DNA of 64,000 nt, taken from NCBI GenBank assembly GCA_051294375.1, contig CM119264.1, forward strand, positions 29,455,182-29,519,181, read 5' to 3'. Positions 28,391 through 41,475 of the stretch are shown one piece after another. Within the stretch, counting starts at the first letter, position 1. Each line of letters begins with the position of its first letter. The notes beneath the pieces were generated by a model. It did no database searches, was not told where the DNA came from, and saw only the letters and a list, made by a program, of their open reading frames with translations. This stretch comes from Paraspadella gotoi. Its lineage: Eukaryota > Animalia > Chaetognatha. The translations under genes were made by a program, and so were the position numbers.

Positions 28391-29443
28391 CAATTTCATT
28401 CGTGACGATTTGTATAAATATTTTTTTTTTTCATTTTAAGTTTTAACTATCGTTCAAAGGTAGCGTCAAATTTATAATTTTTCAATAAATACAATGAAAC
28501 AACTGTTCGCTGTCTTTGTATGTATTATATAAAAGATTTAAACGAATACCAAAAATTCGATCCAAGTTAATGATATTTAATCCTCAGCTTTTTGTTCGAA
28601 CTTCAAAGCCAAATTCAAGTTTTTTGATCTAAGTCCAAAATCTTTTTTTTATTTTTTTTTAAATCGTTTTCGATTCTTTGATTTCGCGATGCCAACCATT
28701 TTTTCTGTTTATATATGCGTTAACAGAAACCTGTACGAATAATTTGACCACAAAAAAAATTAATTTCCTTTACGCGTGGATATTTCCAGGTAGAAAACAC
28801 ATTATAAAATTACAATTAGTTAAGTGACATTAATAAGAAATCCTTTTAAAAATCTAGCTTTCTTGGCCATTTTTAACAACAAAAGTAAACTCCATCAGGA
28901 AAGTCTCAACCGATTTTTATTCAATTATTTAAAATTAAAAACTTGTAAATAGACGCACGATTTATTGGGATCCTACATATATTTTAACTTAAATATATGT
29001 ATTTTTTTTTATTCAACGATGAAAATGAATTTTTTTTAATATAAATAAAATCGTGATTTATTTTTTTTTAAAAGTCATCATTTGACTAATTGAGGATTTT
29101 ATAAATAACACATTAGGTAGATTAAATGCATTATCGAGAACTTGCAAAACTATTTTTTTAAATTAGCTAAGGCTGCATTAATGAAAGCTGTTTGAATTAA
29201 AACAAAAACAAAAACAATTTACTAAAAACCTTTTTTGTCATAATTTTACAAACAAGGCGAATGAATATGAAATATAATTTTATTATATTATATTATATTA
29301 TATTATAAAAACTTAAAAAGGTTAAGTCGTAAAGACATCGTACTACTTGTCAAAAAAAATTCCATCTAAATATGTATTTAAGCTCGAATGGAAAAATAGA
29401 AAGAGAGAGAAGAGAGTAAGAGGAGAGAGAGAGAGAGAGAGAT

Positions 29444-29491
<48 letters not shown>

Positions 29492-30009
29492 AGAGTTTCA
29501 ACTTTCGATAATTATCGGTTGTGGTCGAAAAGAATAAAAACAGGTTTTCGACTTTTCTTGTGAGATTAAATTTTGATTCTCGGCGACGCTACTTTTGATT
29601 TGGATAACATTATTATTTTTAAAATTACACTCATGTATTTTAAAATATATTTTAAGTCCTTTTTTGCCAGAAAATTTATTTTCTGTTAGAATTAAAACAA
29701 ATAAGAAAAAAATAAGAAACTCTACATCTATTGACTATTTCTTTAAAAAAATAAATAAATAAATAAAAGAAAATCGATTTTTTGAAGATGATTTAAAAAA
29801 CCAAAACGCGATATTTTTATTCTCGTCCGCTGAAGCAGCAGCAGCAACCGCATCCGCAGCAGCCGTACCAGCAACAGCAGCGGCATTCGTGACCGCAGCA
29901 GCCTCGACGCTTCGTTGCGGTTTTTCACTTCCCTCCTCTTCCTTCTCTTTCTCTCTTCTTTATTCTACATCAAAAGAAATCACAACACCTATCTCTCTTT
30001 CGATAAGAG

Positions 30010-30061
<52 letters not shown>

Positions 30062-30949
30062 CTCTCCTCTCTTTCGTCTACTCTTTGCTCTTCTCACCAG
30101 AAAGCCCGTGTTAAAATGTTCACGTTTTTTATTTTCGCTACAGATAAAAAAAAAGTGTGACTTCGTGAAAGAGAAGACGTTCGTGTTTCAAGTTTCGACT
30201 TCGATAAGAAGAAAGCGCAGCGTGACGTGAATAAACGTCACAGACCAACGTTCACGACGCCGCTCACGCTACGCATACCTTAAAACGACGCTCCGCAGAC
30301 CGGCATTTAGAGCATCGACGGTACATCGCAACTGCATCGCGAAGTATCCAAACGAGAAAGTTATAAACGGGATCTAATCGACTGTACGAGTTTTTTTTTT
30401 TTTTTTTATCTCTCTACTTTTTTCCCGATTGTGAAAAAAATATATTCGTTGAACGAGTCACGTGAAAATCGATTGTGAAATCCTCGAAACCCGAAATTCC
30501 CCGTCGGTAAATCGAGGCTGTGAAGAGAGAGAGAGAGAGAGAAGCGATCGAACGAGAAACGAGTGAAAAAAAAATCCGGTAGCGATAATTTAGAGAAGAA
30601 AAAGGTTTAAATGAAATAAATAAAATAAAACGAAATTTAATGAATGAATAAAAAAGGATTAAACAAATTTTCTCCAATTTTCTGTGATTCGTTAAAAAAG
30701 AAAAATCCATTGGTTGGTTGTCGCCGATTGGATAGAAGGTGGAAAGCTACCGTCGTGAAAATAGCAGATACGAACCAATCAATCTACCAAGTAATTCAAT
30801 CTAACGACCAATCAATTGACCAAGCAGATCAATCTAACGATCAATTAGTAATATCGCGCGCGATTAAAAAAAAAAAAGAGATAAAAAATTTAAAAAATCG
30901 CAGGGTCGGACTTATCGCTTTTTCGACAGCGAGAGATAAACTTTGCTGA

Positions 30950-30992
<43 letters not shown>

Positions 30993-32072
30993 AGAGAGGA
31001 GAGAGAGAGCAGAGAGAGAGAAAGAGAGAGAGAGTGGAATCGTTTTTCGATCCAAAATAAATAAAAGTTGAGTTTGGCCTTTATATTCTCATCTCAATTT
31101 TGCGAACAGTAAAAACCAGCGATCGTTCGGGATTTTTTCGTTGTCGTCGTTTTTACATGTTTTTGACATCGTCAACTTCAACATCAACTTCAACATCAAT
31201 ATAAACATCATCTTCAAGATCAGTGATATATCCGAGGACACAAACGTCAACTCGCTTTCAGACAAAACAACAATTGAAACAAAACGTAGACGTACAAAAC
31301 AAGAATCAAGAAGCAAAACAAAGACAGTACCACTTCGCACTTAGTGTCCCCCTTCGCTTCTGCCGCCTCGAGTCCTCGACGGTTTGACGAAGGACTGGAC
31401 TCTCCTGCAGGCTGCGATGCAACACTTCGTCGACGTGGACTCTGTCGCTGTTTTCTTAGAGGATCCTTGACAAAAACGTGAGCAAAATCCAAGTGTGATT
31501 GATATGTGGATAATATTTGTTAAAACTGACTGTGAAAACTGTGAAAACGGCGCAAACTGTTAAGCATATGCAGACTATGCAGACTATGTACTGTGCACTA
31601 TTCAGAATTTGAAATGTTGAGTGCAGAACGCGACACAACTCTGTAAGATACATTAGTTCGTTAGTTATTTTCGATTCGATAGTTTATCTCTATAAGACAG
31701 TTTGGTGTCGGTCAGTCTTTCTGTCTGCGTGTCTGTCTCTCCGTCTGTCTGTCCAAACTTGACATTTCCATTTCTTGTTCGCTTTCAGACTTTAGTCTAA
31801 CAATCATTTTCGGATGTCAGTCAATAAATGTTGTTTTGTTAGATCAATTGAATCTTTAATAATTAAATCAATTTCAAGAGAGTCGTTTTTCACAACTGAT
31901 TGTTCACAACAACACTCGTCCGATTGTATATTCACGTGACTTGTGAGATCAAGTTTTCTCGTCAATCGCGATTAGTGATTGTGAACCTAGAAAAAAAAAC
32001 TATTTTTTCTCATTCGTTTCTCCCCTGAGAAAAGACAAATATTTTTTTCGGTTTGGAACCAGAATATTTGCT

Positions 32073-32201
<129 letters not shown>

Positions 32202-32948
32202 TCAAAGAAAAAACTGCATCTTTTTAGGTTGAATCACGATGAGAGAATCTCGCTAGTAAACACTCCCGTTGTCAAAATCAACTCCAAAAAAAACTTTTTT
32301 TTCTTTCTTTTCAGATAAAAATTTCAAAACAAATTTTTCTTTCAATTTCTAAAATTTAAAGAAAAGTTGTTTTTCTCTCACCAGTTTAAAAAAAAATTTC
32401 AATAGGCCTCATCAAGTTTTATTGCTTTCACGATTGTGAGTAGAAGTTGATAGTTTTCGTTGTAGATTTAAGTGAAATATGGCCCTAACCGTCATCGTTT
32501 GTGAAAATTAAAGACAAATATGTTACGATATAAACAGTGATTATACAAGCTAAACGCCTGTTTAGCTGGTATTTAAACATCTAATTTGCGAGCCTTTAAA
32601 AAGTCATTAAAATTCCGGAAGAGAGCGGTAGTATATCCTAACGGCGAAAGAATTTAAATTAATTTCCCTTTTGAAAACAAATTCAATTTCGTTTTAAACC
32701 TGCTGAGGGAAGAGCTTTCAAAATCTTAGGCCCCGGGCTTACTGTATTATCAATAAATTCCAGAAATCGTTTCTTAGTAACCCAGGGTTCGTACCCTGTC
32801 CTTTTCAAACAGAATTAAGCCCGAGGGTTAACACTTGTTCAAACTCAGAAAACCCACAAGAAAATTAAAATTGTATGAAAATAGGAAGGGATAGGAAAGG
32901 GACGTGGATTCTTTGTCGGACAGGTAAAAACTTGAGTAAGAAGGGCTA

Positions 32949-32982
<34 letters not shown>

Positions 32983-32986
32983 GAGA

Positions 32987-33087
<101 letters not shown>

Positions 33088-33770
33088 AGAAGAAAAGAGA
33101 GAGAAGCAATGAGAATGATTATTCCGTATCAACGAACTCGGTCGATCCTAGGTTAGGCTTAAACAAAAAAAAACCTTCCATTATTCTCGAAAGATTATTT
33201 TTATTCTCGTCAGAAAAAAAATGGGTAGGGTTTAGAAAAATCTGTCAAAATAAAGAATAGAACAAAAAAAATAAGAGAAGGAAGAATTTTAATTCGAAAA
33301 TTTTGATATAAAAAAAAAAGAAAAAAATACTTTGATGAAATTGAAAGAGAAGAATGAGAAAATCGTTGAAGAGTGAAGCTCGCGAAATTTTCGACATGAA
33401 AAATGCGGAGATGATGACGTAAAAAACGATGGAAAATTTGTTGTCGTCGTCGTCGTCGTCGTCGCTGTCGTCGTCCGCGTTTTGTTTCGTCGCTTTTGTC
33501 TCTTGATTCGTTGACTGAATCAGACTCTGAATATGAATCTGATTCAGATCTGAATTCGATGTTGAGATCTAAATGTGAATTTGAATCTGAATCTGATTCA
33601 GATCTGAATTCAATGATAAGATCTGAATCAGTTGGGGGTGAAGATTAGATTTCGTGGTCTGTCCAGGTAGTTTAAACATTATAGTAAGAATATAATGGGG
33701 AGGGGCATGTTAGTGTTGTCTTCTGGAAATAGAGGGAGCATACAACAGGTTAAAATTACGTTATGCTCTA

Positions 33771-34006
33771 GTTGATTGATTGATTGATTGATTGATTGTT
33801 TGATTTATTGTTTGATTGATTGATTTATTGATTGCTTGATTGATTGATTGCTTGATTGTTTGATTGATTGATTGATTGATTGATTCTTTCTTTTTAACTT
33901 TCAGATGGAAAAGAAGGTTTGGGTGGACGGGATCCAACGAGATTGATTGATTAATTGTTTGATTGATTGTTTGATTGATTAATTGCTTGCTTGATTGATT
34001 AATTGC

Positions 34007-34051
<45 letters not shown>

Positions 34052-34066
34052 TGATTGATTTATTGA
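33771..34066 (+). repeat. (GATT)n microsatellite containing a duplicated RASSF acceptor/start fragment
   Basis: GATT arrays flank tcag|ATGGAAAAGAAGGTTTGGGTGGACGGGATCCAACGA at 33905-33940. Confidence 0.85.
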
Positions 34067-34087
34067 TTCTTTCTTTTTAACCTTCAG

Positions 34088-34964
34088 ATGGAAATGAAGG
34101 TTTGGGTGGATGGGATCCAACGAGTCGTTTGTGGCGTCGGAGAAGAAACGACTGTGCACGAGGTCGTTATGGCCTTGGCTCACTCTCTGGGGAGAACGGG
34201 TGAGTCGTTTGCTTGCTTGCTTGCTTGCTTTCTTGCTTGCTTGTTAGCTAAAGGGAAAGGAATTTATGGCCTTGGCTCACTCTCTGGGTAGAAAGGGTGA
34301 GTCGTTTGCTTGCTTACTTGCTTGCTTGCTCGGGAAAGGGAAGGGAAGTCATGGCCTATCCTATCCTATCTCCTATCTTGTATCCTATCCTATCTCCTAT
34401 CTTATCTCCTATCCTATCTCCTATCCGATCTCAAATCTTATCTCCTATCCTATCTCCTATCCTATCTCCTATCCTATCTCCTATCCTATCCTTTCTCTTA
34501 TCCTATCTCTTATCCTATCTCCTATCCTATCTTCTATCCTATCGCCTCCGCTAACCAAACTCTTCCTCCTTCCATTCCCAGGCCGATTCACCCTCGTCGA
34601 GAAGCGCCACCAAGGCGAGCGCCCTCTCGAGCCGCGGGAACGCCCCCTCAAGCGCCACCCGGACGCCACTTCCGCCCACGACGCCGTCCACTACATTCTC
34701 CGCTCGGCGTCGCTGCCGGAAGCCGGATCCGACGATTCTCTCGTCATCGGCGGCGTCAAACACGTGGCGTCTCCCGGCGTCAGATCCGGTTCTGGATTCA
34801 CTTCCGGTTCCACATCCGGATTCACTTCCGGGTCGGTCAGTTCCGGTTCTTTGCAAGACTCTTTGTCGCCGCCGGTGTCGCCGACGCTGCCGACGATGGA
34901 CGCCGACGCAGGGATCGGATCGTCGGCGCCGGATCTGAGATGCGTCGTCGCGTTGATGCCGGAA

Positions 34965-34995
<31 letters not shown>

Positions 34996-35872
34996 TGCCT
35001 TATAGGTCGATGCTCAACGGAGGACCCAAGGTCAAGCTGGAGCGATTGCCGGAAGGTGAGATGGGATGGGATGGGACTTGATGGGAATTTATGAGATGGG
35101 ATGGGAATTGAGTGGTATTAATGGGAAAATGTGGAAATATACGAATAGGAATGGATGGGAATGGATCGGAAAAAATTTGAATTGATGGGAATAGATGGGA
35201 ATTGATGGAAAAAGATTAGAATTAACATTAATAGATTAGAATTTATAGGAATGCATTGGAATTGATAGGAATTGATGGGAAGTGATGGGAATAGATGGGA
35301 ATTGATTGGAATAGATTGGAATTAATGGGAATAGATGGGAATTGATAAGAGCAGATATCATTTTATTTTGGAGTAGTTGGGAATCCGGTTGGGAATGTCA
35401 GATGGAAGAGACGACGCATTCATGTTATATGTAGAAGCGGAAAAGATAAAGTTAATTAAAAACGATGGTAAAGATTAAAATGATGAAAATCTCCCTTAAT
35501 TCATAGAGACACTGAAAAACATTTTGAAAGAATCTCGATTTACACTCTGACATTGCCTAATAATTTGGGTTAAAATCTTTTTAAACTTACACTTTATTAT
35601 AATAAAATTATCATTTGACTAAGAGAATCAGTTTTAGGTTTGTGAAATTTAAATTTGTATCGGTTACTTTTTAAATGAACACTCAAGTCTTTTTTGTACC
35701 GTGACACTGACAAGCTCGAAAGACTTCAGTCACGTTTTTATTTAAATCTGACGACGACGATAACGACGATAACGACGACGATAACTCGCGATCGAATCAC
35801 ATAATTTTTTGTTTACCTCTTGAGGTAATGAGTTTTAACGGTTGAGAATTCCCGCCTCTCTCGTTTTGAAGC

Positions 35873-35964
<92 letters not shown>

Positions 35965-37667
35965 GTCGTGAAGAACTTTGAACCGAAGCGAAAAGTCGAG
36001 AAGACAATGTCGCGGGATGGACGACCGAGATATATATATCCTTATTTTAACAGAAGACGATGATGACGACGAGGATGATGATGATGAAGACGAGATACGA
36101 CGAGAGAAGATAACGACGACGACGACGATACGAAGATGATGACCGAAATAAATACACTGGCCGTTTGACCTTATTTTTAAAAAAATATCATTTCTAAATT
36201 GGTTAAACTTTATTAATTATATTTTTTTTTTTTACTACTATATCATAAAAACTATTGAAATTAACGGGCCGCCTCAGAGCAGAGGGAATATTAGCAAAAC
36301 TAAATTTAAGCAGATTGATTGGATTAAATTTTTTTAGAATTAAGGATTATCATTGTAACTAACAAATTTTTAAATGAAAATTTTGGGTCAGTATTAACTA
36401 TGACTGTCAGAAAGCTCACCTAGGAGCAAAATTAGAACATCTAAAGAAATTAAAATTTCAAAAATAACTAAAATATCATAAACAACAATAATGTAAGGTT
36501 ACAACGACAACACAAAAGACGTCATAAATAAATCGACGACGACAACGACGGAAGACAAAAAAGATAAAACAAAGTCTGGAAGTTTTTAAATTCGTGAGAC
36601 AAAAGACGTTTCTGTTTCCTTATTTGTTTTTTTCTCTGTTTCTTTCTCTGTTTTCTATCATCGCAAATCTTAGCGAATGAGAAAGAAGTGAAAATGAGAA
36701 AAATAAAGAAAACCGAAAAGTCAAATCTTTCTCATAAACCAGAGAAAATTGGGCTGTTTAACAGTCGTTATAATGATTCTATGTTATAATGATTCTGATC
36801 TATATATATTATTTTTTTTGAAGATATCTTAAACGCAAATTAAAGCGTTAAATATTCAACGTTCATGTAATATTTTGAACTAACCAGAAAAGACGTAACA
36901 GCAAGAAAGAGGCCGATATGAATGAATGAATGAATGAATGAACGAATGAATAAATGAAGAATGAATGATAATGAATGAATGAAATGAATGAATGACGAAT
37001 GAATCAACGAACGAGCCTTTGCTTTCCTCCCAATTTCCGACAATGTCTTTCTTCTGAGAATCGACCTTTCTCTCCGATCCTGTGAAACGTAACAGAATCT
37101 CTCTTTCCGCCGATCACCGGGAAAAAAAATCTGAGGATGAGCTCCTTGCAGACGCGGGAGAGAGATAGAGAGAGAGAGAGAGAGGAGAGAGGAGGTCTTT
37201 TCAGTAAGAGAGAGAAGATAGGGAGTCTTTGCAGGAAGAGAGATAGGAAGATTTTTGCACAGAGAGAGAGAGAGAGAGAGAGGTACCTGAACAGTCGGAG
37301 AGTCTTTGGCAGAGAAAGAGAGAGAGCGAGAGAGAGAGAGAGAGAAGGCCTTTTGTTTTTCATTCCTTCATCTCCGGTGGTCGTCGTCGTCGTCGTCGTG
37401 TTAATCGAAGTTCACCAGAAAGTTGGCGAACTCCTCGACCGGGTTACGATGAGGAGGAGGAGGAGGGGGAAGAGGAGGAAGGTTGTTTATCTCCGGCGAA
37501 TCACGGATCGCCGGTTGGAATTCGGTGGCAGAGGGAATCGATCCTGGACCTCATTGGCGACGGGTGTTGATTCAGTGGTTGGCGCCGTCGAGAGAGAGAG
37601 ATGAGTTGGGCTTGAATGGGCTTTTTAAGTTAAGAGATCGTGATATGGAATGGAATAATTATTAAGC

Positions 37668-37750
<83 letters not shown>

Positions 37751-37765
37751 TTCACCTAATCTAGA

Positions 37766-37821
<56 letters not shown>

Positions 37822-39649
37822 AGAGAAGAGAGAGAGACGTCATTCACCTCATCTTCCCCCTTTTCCTTCAGGCGTTCAACTCCATCACACTGGTCGTCCA
37901 TCCAAGCTGTTCCACCAACTCTAATCTTTCCTTCCACTGACCAAGACACGCCTCAATCATCGATCGTGATACTAAACCTCTCGCCAACCGCCTCTGTCAA
38001 CCCAGAGGTCATGAACAGCCTCGATCTTCCAGACCGCGGCCCCAAGTGCCTCGTCGATCCTCGTCCAACGATTCCAAGACACCGAAACGGCCTCCCGACT
38101 ACGAAGACGCCCTCAAGGCTCTTCACTCGACGTCCGATAAAACCGGACACCTTTCACCGACAAAACGAGTCTCCCTCTGCCCGACGTGCTTCAGCCGACT
38201 TCTCCGACCCACCTCGACGATCAACTCGACGCCACAAAGCGTCAAATCTTCGCTGGAGAGTCTTAACGCGAGAAATCGACGTCCGCCTCCGCCGCTGCCG
38301 CAACATCATCCTCGTATCTCCGCCGCTTCAGCAACAGCAGCCTCGGCCGCCGTCGCAGACTTCTCTCCCGCCTCCATCCGCTCAACATCTCCACCACCAC
38401 CTTCGTCGCACTCCTTCCAAGCACCCTCTTCCTCCACCTCTTATCGAGATCCTTTGCCGCAAACGAAAGGACAAACTCTGAAGCATCTTCCTCCAGCAAC
38501 GACCTCTTCCAAACTGCCTCCCCGCCGTGCCAGTACATTCCTCAAACATCAGCCTCCACTCGCCATGACGGTCTCATCGAGGCATCCGCCTCCTCAAATT
38601 CCGACGACTCTCTTCCAAACTCCTCCACCACCCTTGCCGCCGCCTTCGGCCAAACATCCTCGTCAAGCCGCCTCCTTACGACGCCGCTCTCGCCGCCAAC
38701 AAAACTTCCAAATCTTCTTCCCCGAACCGCCTCGTCCTCCGCCGCCGCCACTTCGGCCACGCCACCAACGCCGTCCACAAGACGGCGCCGCCCTTACATC
38801 GTCGCCGTCTCAACAAGAACATCAACAACGACAAAAACGGCGCCGAGGAGAAAGCGACGCCGGTCGACGACGCGGCGCCGGGCGGAAGAGAAGAGCGCCG
38901 CCTCCTCGTCCTTCGACGAAGGAAGTCGCGCGACGATCGCCTTCGTCGTCGGCGTCGTCCGTCTTCACCAACGACGCCGGAAATGACGCGATAAAGTTGA
39001 TGGCGCCGGAATCGACGATCCCCAGGTATTTATTTATTTATTTTTTTAAGTTTTTTAAATTTTTTTAAAATTTTTTTATTTTTTATTTATTTATTTATTT
39101 TTTTTTTTAAATGAGCACTAATATCGCTACACTACACCGTGAGCCATTTTGTGGTCTGTCTGTCTTTGCGTCTTTCTGTATTTTTTGACTCCATGTCCAT
39201 CTGTCTGTGTTTCGGTATATCTATTACTCTGTCTCACTTATTTTAAAATCCTCCTTCAAAAGTTTTAAAATATTTTTTTTGTACTTTGAGCAGGTGACGT
39301 AATCAAAAACACTTTTTTTACTATTTTTGTAAATTTTAATTGACATCGGAACCTTTTTTAAAAGAACATCGCGGCAACAAGATTAAACGGCTGGTTTACG
39401 GTTGAAATACTGTATTTTTAAAAATTCTATTCTCACGCGTAACTCGTTCTCGACCGACAGGCGGCGCTGAAGCGAAACAAGTTTCTCCAATTGGCGGATC
39501 TGCAACAGAAGAAGATTGAACTGCAAGAAGAGAAAATCGCCAAAGTCGTTGAGGAGATAGAAAGGATGGAGAAGGAAGAGAAGAAAAGAAATGAGGAGGA
39601 GGAGATGAGGAGAAAGGAGGAAGAGGAGAAGAAGAAAAAGTTATTGGAG
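34088..39649 (+). CDS. RASSF8: N-terminal RASSF (RASSF7/8-like) gene, partial copy with coding exons 1-4, truncated by a gap
   Basis: Exons 34088-34199 ([38 protein letters not shown]), 34582-35055 ([21 protein letters not shown]), 37872-39025 (Pro-rich, with indel errors), 39461-39649 (coiled coil). All introns GT-AG. The N-terminus matches the RA domain of RASSF7/8 (MELKVWVDG.QR.VCGV). Confidence 0.85.
34356..34541 (+). repeat. (CCTATCT/TCCTA)-type 12-bp intronic tandem repeat
   Basis: tcctatcctatc units; counterpart at 49305-49490. Confidence 0.85.
35060..35345 (+). repeat. Intronic ~10-bp GATGGGAATT-like tandem repeat
   Basis: Starts immediately after the exon-2 donor; counterpart at 49995-50275. 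Confidence 0.8.
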
Positions 39650-40225
39650 GTGAGAAAGAAGTTTTGATTTCATAGAAACTGGAGATTTTGTAATATAATT
39701 TTGAACAGACTGTGATCGAATGGTTTTATGGTCGGTCTGTTTGCTGTTCGCTNNNNNNNNNNNNNNNNNNNNNNNNNGAAAGGCCAGCGTAATGAGGAAA
39801 TCATGGCTATCTTTTTTGAGAGTCCCCGTCTTGATGTTTATCCCCAGATTTAATTTTAACCTTTAAAAATAAGACGTTCTAGGAAAATCATAATAAAAGA
39901 GGGCGCAGACAATCGGTAGGGAAAACCGATTTCATGTAACAAAAAAGCTTAATATTTCTTCGTAGTCATCATATCATCTTCATCATTCGTACCTGTAACC
40001 GATTGGTGGTGAGTGGACCAACAAACAAGTTTGTAACAAGTTGACCGCAGCTTGGAAGCAAATAATATTGTTACTCGAAGGTCTTGATTAGCGAAATGTT
40101 TTTTCATCCATTCTGCTGAAAAGTGTCAAATCAGATATCATTCAAAGCGACTTATTTTTCATTATTATCCCTGAAATTACTTTTCTCCCTAATATTTACC
40201 CAATTTTAACCTATTATAAAACCTA

Positions 40226-40417
40226 TTTAATAATTAAGCTATCTTGCCCCTGACTTTGGACAGACATCACTATACAAGATAATCACATAGCGGAGTGAAT
40301 GGAGTGAATAAACGAGATGTGAGAGAGTGTTTAATTGAAAGCTTGCAGGGACCTGCTATGTCATTATTTGTTATTGGTGATGTCTGTCAAAGTCAGGGCA
40401 GATAGCTAATTATTAAA
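40226..40417. mobile_element. MITE-like / dispersed repeat with ~42-bp inverted arms
   Basis: tttaataattaagctatcttgcccctgactttggacagacatcac (40226-40270) is the reverse complement of 40377-40417. The right arm plus downstream sequence recurs at 62181-62251. Confidence 0.5.
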
Positions 40418-41432
40418 ATGAATGGATATATTTTTATATGGTTGTACCATTTCATTCCATTGTAGAACAAGTAATTTCGTCAATTTTCATAGACCAAAGT
40501 TCTCACCGGACGCTTTGCCGTTTCGCCCACGGTGACGTGATGACGAGGCCTTGGATTTTGACGAGATACTCGGGGATGATCGGGGGCGACCATGTCAGGG
40601 TCATCGTGTCAACCAGAGGGCGACAAAGACGACGAAGAGAACGAGGAAGGAGAAGATGGAATGGAGGAGATGAGGAGGAAGAAGGGACGGAGGGAAGAAG
40701 GGAGGAAGGAGGGAGAAGAAGGAGAAGGGGAGGGAGAAGAAGGGAGGAAGTGGGGTCGTCGTCGTCGAAGAAGGGGGGGGACTGGTTTGGGGTGAGAAGT
40801 CAGGAAGGAGAGAAAGATATCTTGTGACAGTCTCGCTTTGCATTTAAATAAATAATTTCATCTCTCGTTATTTCTCTCTCTTTCTCCCTCTCTCTCTCTC
40901 TCAAGTTTAGATTGTACCATGATGGGAAAAAAATAATATATAATAATATAATAATAAATAAGATTAATAAATAATATAACCTGCCCTAAACCGAATAAAA
41001 TAATTTTTTATTAGTATTAAATTATTCAATGCATTCAAATACTTTTAAAAGAGGTGTCTCTGTTTTTACTTTTTTGATTAAGAAATTATTATCTCTTATA
41101 TTTCATCTTTTCTTCTCTTTAACTTAACTATCCTACAAATGTAATTTTCTTATTTCACATTTCAAATTCTATATTTAATTATTATTTAGCTAATTGTTAT
41201 TTTCACTTTAAGAACATATCTTTATTGTACATTGCACAATGTATCATATTATCTCTCTCTCTCTGTTTGACCATTCATTTTCTTTTTCAAAACTCACTCA
41301 TCTGTCCTTGCTTTCACCTGTCCTCACCTCTGACACTATTCTGTCTCACCATTTGGTTGGAAACTTTAACTCTGGTCTCTCTCTCTCTCTCTCTCACATT
41401 TACTTTGGCAAAAGTTTTTGATAGTCTGTCAA

Positions 41433-41475
41433 ATTTACTGATGAAGGCTCGAACAGAGTTGAAACATGTCTGATT
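41433..41475 (+). ncRNA. Minimal type I hammerhead ribozyme motif (Penelope-like pLTR type)
   Basis: CTGATGA (41438-41444), A, stem II GGCTC-GAACA-GAGTT, GAAA, CATG, TC, then AATAAA. Stem I is weak. The downstream tail matches 43066-43111. Confidence 0.6.

Noticed and set aside
33515-33630. Palindromic gaatctgattcagatctgaattc cluster as a structured RNA
   Set aside because: It is a degenerate 6-bp repeat whose self-complementarity follows from the unit sequence.
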